Below the pieces are notes generated by a model that had not been told where the DNA came from, searched no databases, and saw only the letters and a program-made list of their open reading frames with translations. The translations under genes were made by a program, and so were the position numbers. From assembly GCF_030684315.1 (NCBI RefSeq), contig NC_081382.1, positions 33,924,620-33,988,619 of the forward strand: DNA of 64,000 nt, in the 5' to 3' direction. Source of the DNA: Stegostoma tigrinum. Its lineage: Eukaryota. Positions 61,075-64,000 of the stretch are shown here, piece after piece (position 1 is the stretch's first letter; every line of letters starts with the position of its first letter).

Positions 61075-63165
61075 CATGACATAGATGGGTGAAAGGAGCA
61101 GACACTGGCAGAAGCAGATTTAATGGGGATAAATATAAAGTGATAAACTTTGAGAGAAACAACATCCAGAGGCAGTATAAATGGTACTATGTTGAGGGAA
61201 GAGGATTGCGAGTACAGTTACAACACTGGCATCCATTCAACAATGTGGAAAGTCACCAAGTTATGTCCTGTACACAAAAAGCAGGACAAACCCAACCCAG
61301 CCAATTACTGCCCCATTAGTCTACTGTTGATCATCAGTAAAGTGTGTCAGCAATAGTGCTATCATGCAGCACCTGCTCAGCAATAACCTGCTCAGTGATG
61401 CCCAGTTTGGGTTCTGCCAGGGCCACTCAGCTGCTGACCTCTTTACAGCCCTGGTTCAAACATGGACAAAAGAGAGAAATTCCAGAGGTGAGATGAGAGT
61501 GGCAGACCCCAACATCAAAGTTGCTTTCAACTGAAAGTGGCATCAAGGAACTCTAGAAAAACTGTAATCAATGAGTATCAGAAGGCAGTCCTCAGTAGTT
61601 GAACTAATACCTGGTACATAGGAAGATGGTTGTGGTTGTTGTAGGTAGGCCATCTCAGCCCCAGGGCATCTCCCTGGACAGGGTAGTGTCCTAGACCCAA
61701 TCATTTCCAGCTGCTTCATCAATGACCTTCCGTCCATCATAAGGTCAGAAGTGGGGATGTTCACCAATGATTGTACAGTGTTCAGCACCATTCATGACTC
61801 ATCCAGTTCTTAAGCAGTCCATGTTCAAATGTAATACGATCTCGGCAAAATCCAGCTTGGGCTGACAAGTGGCAAGCAACATTTGTGCCACACATGCCAG
61901 GCAATGACCATCTCCAATGAGAGACAATTTAATTATCGCCCCTTGACATTCAATAGTATTACCACCACTGAATCCCCCACTATCAGCATTCTTGGGGTTT
62001 ACGACTGACTAGAAACTGGACTTATCACATAAGCACAGTGGCTACAAGAATATCTCATCACCTCACTCCGCAAAGTCTGTCGACCATTGACAAAGCACAA
62101 GTCAGGCATGTGGTGGAATACACCACTTGCCTGGATAGTTGCAGCTCCAGCAACATTGAAGAAGTTTGGCACAATCCAGAACAAAGCAGCCTGCTTGATT
62201 GGCATCACATCTACAAGCTTCCTCTCCCTCCATCACTGACACTAAGCCGCAGTGTGTACTATGTACAAGATGTACTGCAGAAATTCACCAAAGATCCTAG
62301 ACAGCACTTTCCAAACTCATGACCACTTTGTCCTTTGAAAGTGCAGTAGATATGTGGGAATACTACCATCTGCAAGTTCCCCTCCAAGACACACACCATT
62401 CTGACTTGTGTATATATATCACTTGTTCCTTCACTGTCGCTGCATCTAAGTCCTGGAATTCCCTCCATAAGGGCATTATGGGTCAACCTACAGCATGTGG
62501 ATTGCAGTAGTTCAAGAAGCCAGCACCTCGCTACCTTTTCAAAAGCAACAAGGGACGGACAATGAAATGCTGGCCAGCCAGTGATGTCCATGTCCCATGA
62601 GTAAATATTAAAAGAAAGAGTAGAGGGATCAAATGGTGTGTATACATAAATCTTTGAAGGTGGCAGCTGATGAGGTGATTAATAAATATGACGTGGACTG
62701 GACAAAGTCAGAAGCCACACGACACCAGTTATAATGCTGCAGGTTTATTAGAAATCACAAGCTTTTTCAGTGCTGCTCTTTTGTCAGGAAGGAGCAGTAC
62801 TCCGAAAGCTTGTGATTTCAAATAAACCTATTGGACTATTACCTTGTGTTGTGTGACTTCTGGCATTGTGATTGATAATGCTTATGGTATTTGGCTATGT
62901 AAGTTGGACAGTAAATACAAAAACAAAATAGTTATGCCAACCTTTCAGATAGTGCTTCAGGTGGAATAGTGTGTACGGTTCTCTATAATGGTCTTCAAGA
63001 AGAATATCAAGGTCTTGGAAAGAAAACTGGGGACATTACCAGGATGATGCCAATGATGAGAGATTTTAGTTATGTAGAGAGATTGGAGAAAGTTGGTAAG
63101 TTCTTAGAGCAGATGAGATTAAGGGAAGACTTAATATTGATATTTAAGAGTTTTAATTTACAGTA
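61075..63165 (+). mobile_element. CR1 fragment interrupted by a second CR1-group LINE (61200-62612) and a fold-back element
   Basis: Inner ORF MWKVTKLCPVHKKQDKPNPANYCPISLL; the outer CR1 resumes at ~62615 and ends YVERLEKVG..RLREDLI. Confidence 0.8.
62686..62867. mobile_element. Short fold-back element, PLE family D
   Basis: Arms aggtttattagaaatcacaagcttt / aaagcttgtgatttcaaataaacct; centre tgtcag-gaaggagcagtactccGAAAgct is a hammerhead remnant; TSD gtgattaataa (62675-62685) / gtgattgataa (62868-62878). Confidence 0.75.
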
Positions 63166-63565
63166 TCATAGAATGTGATCTAAACTGGACAGGTCTTTCA
63201 AAGATCTGACACATACATTAAATGAATGACTTCCTTTTGTGCTGTAAAGTTTTGTGATTCTAAGATTCCCAGTGGACTGACAGCTGAAGGGCAGTGAGCC
63301 TGCTGTGTGGAAGAGGTAAGTGCCTTTGCAACTCTGCTTGCAGACCAAGAGGACCATGTGAGTTCCTGCCTGCCTACCACGCTTATCTGTTTCTTTTGGC
63401 TGCATTAGATCACCTGCCCCTCCCAGAAAATAATTTCTCTATCAAAATTCCTATCCATTTTACAAAGCCATCTGCAGGAAATGTTGAGACACTCGATCTG
63501 AAACAATCCTTTCGGCAGGTTGAATATTTGCAATCTATCGACAATTCTTACAAAACTGGTTAAAG

Positions 63566-63680
63566 GTAGACAATAGACAATAGGTGCTGGAGTAGACCAT
63601 TCGGCCCTTCAAGCCAGGACCACCATTCATTATGATCATGGCTGATCATCCACAATCAGTATTCTGTTCCTGCCTTTACT
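63566..63680 (-). mobile_element. CR1 3' terminus with short tandem tail
   Basis: tagacaatagacaataggtgctggagtagaccattcggccc. Confidence 0.6.
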
Positions 63681-64000
63681 ACTGCCTACAGTGGTGAACT
63701 AAGTATTTTACGAAACAAAGTCTTTAAATTGGACATAACACAAAGCATTTCAACAAGAATTAATGGGAAGTCCTTTGGGATGACCTTGAAGTATGATGAG
63801 ATTTAGTACAAATGTAAATTATTTTTAATAGTCAGTGACATGGTGTACTTATTTTGTTTGTCTTTGTCACAAAATACAATACTCAAAAACAAATCCCAGA
63901 TGAAAATGAAGGTTGCAGATTGTGTTTGATAAGACATCTATTGTTTGTGGATGGCTGAACCGTCCTGTCTACTTTAGCCCAGAGAGTGGAAACAAATATT

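Noticed and set aside
53719-64000. Further KYAT1 exons
   Set aside because: No sequence encoding the expected VF..EEL...DEVY segment was found by eye; presumed beyond the window.

Overview
Eukaryotic, intron- and retroelement-rich DNA. The repeat complement (several Penelope-like families, CR1, L2, Rex1, DeuSINE, Gypsy) points to a cartilaginous fish, probably a shark; this is inference, not a database result. A CpG-rich bidirectional promoter at ~38.65-39.3 kb carries a perfect ETS/CRE composite. It drives a + strand kynurenine aminotransferase gene, best read as KYAT1/CCBL1, with five coding exons at 45298-53718 and the rest beyond the window. It probably also drives a - strand gene of which only non-coding 5' exons are visible (LRRC8A by vertebrate synteny, inferred). 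The most striking structure is a population of at least 11 fold-back insertions from four Penelope-like (GIY-YIG) families. Nearly all have 10-15 bp target-site duplications, two inverted arms of which one carries an extra ~20-45 nt tail, and minimal hammerhead ribozyme cores. In the short ones the symmetry axis lies at the ribozyme core, and two copies end or begin at the predicted self-cleavage site. Also present: a decayed full-length Gypsy provirus containing a locally copied inversion junction, a Helitron helicase fossil and a uORF-bearing 5' UTR exon. Repeat boundaries without a TSD are approximate.
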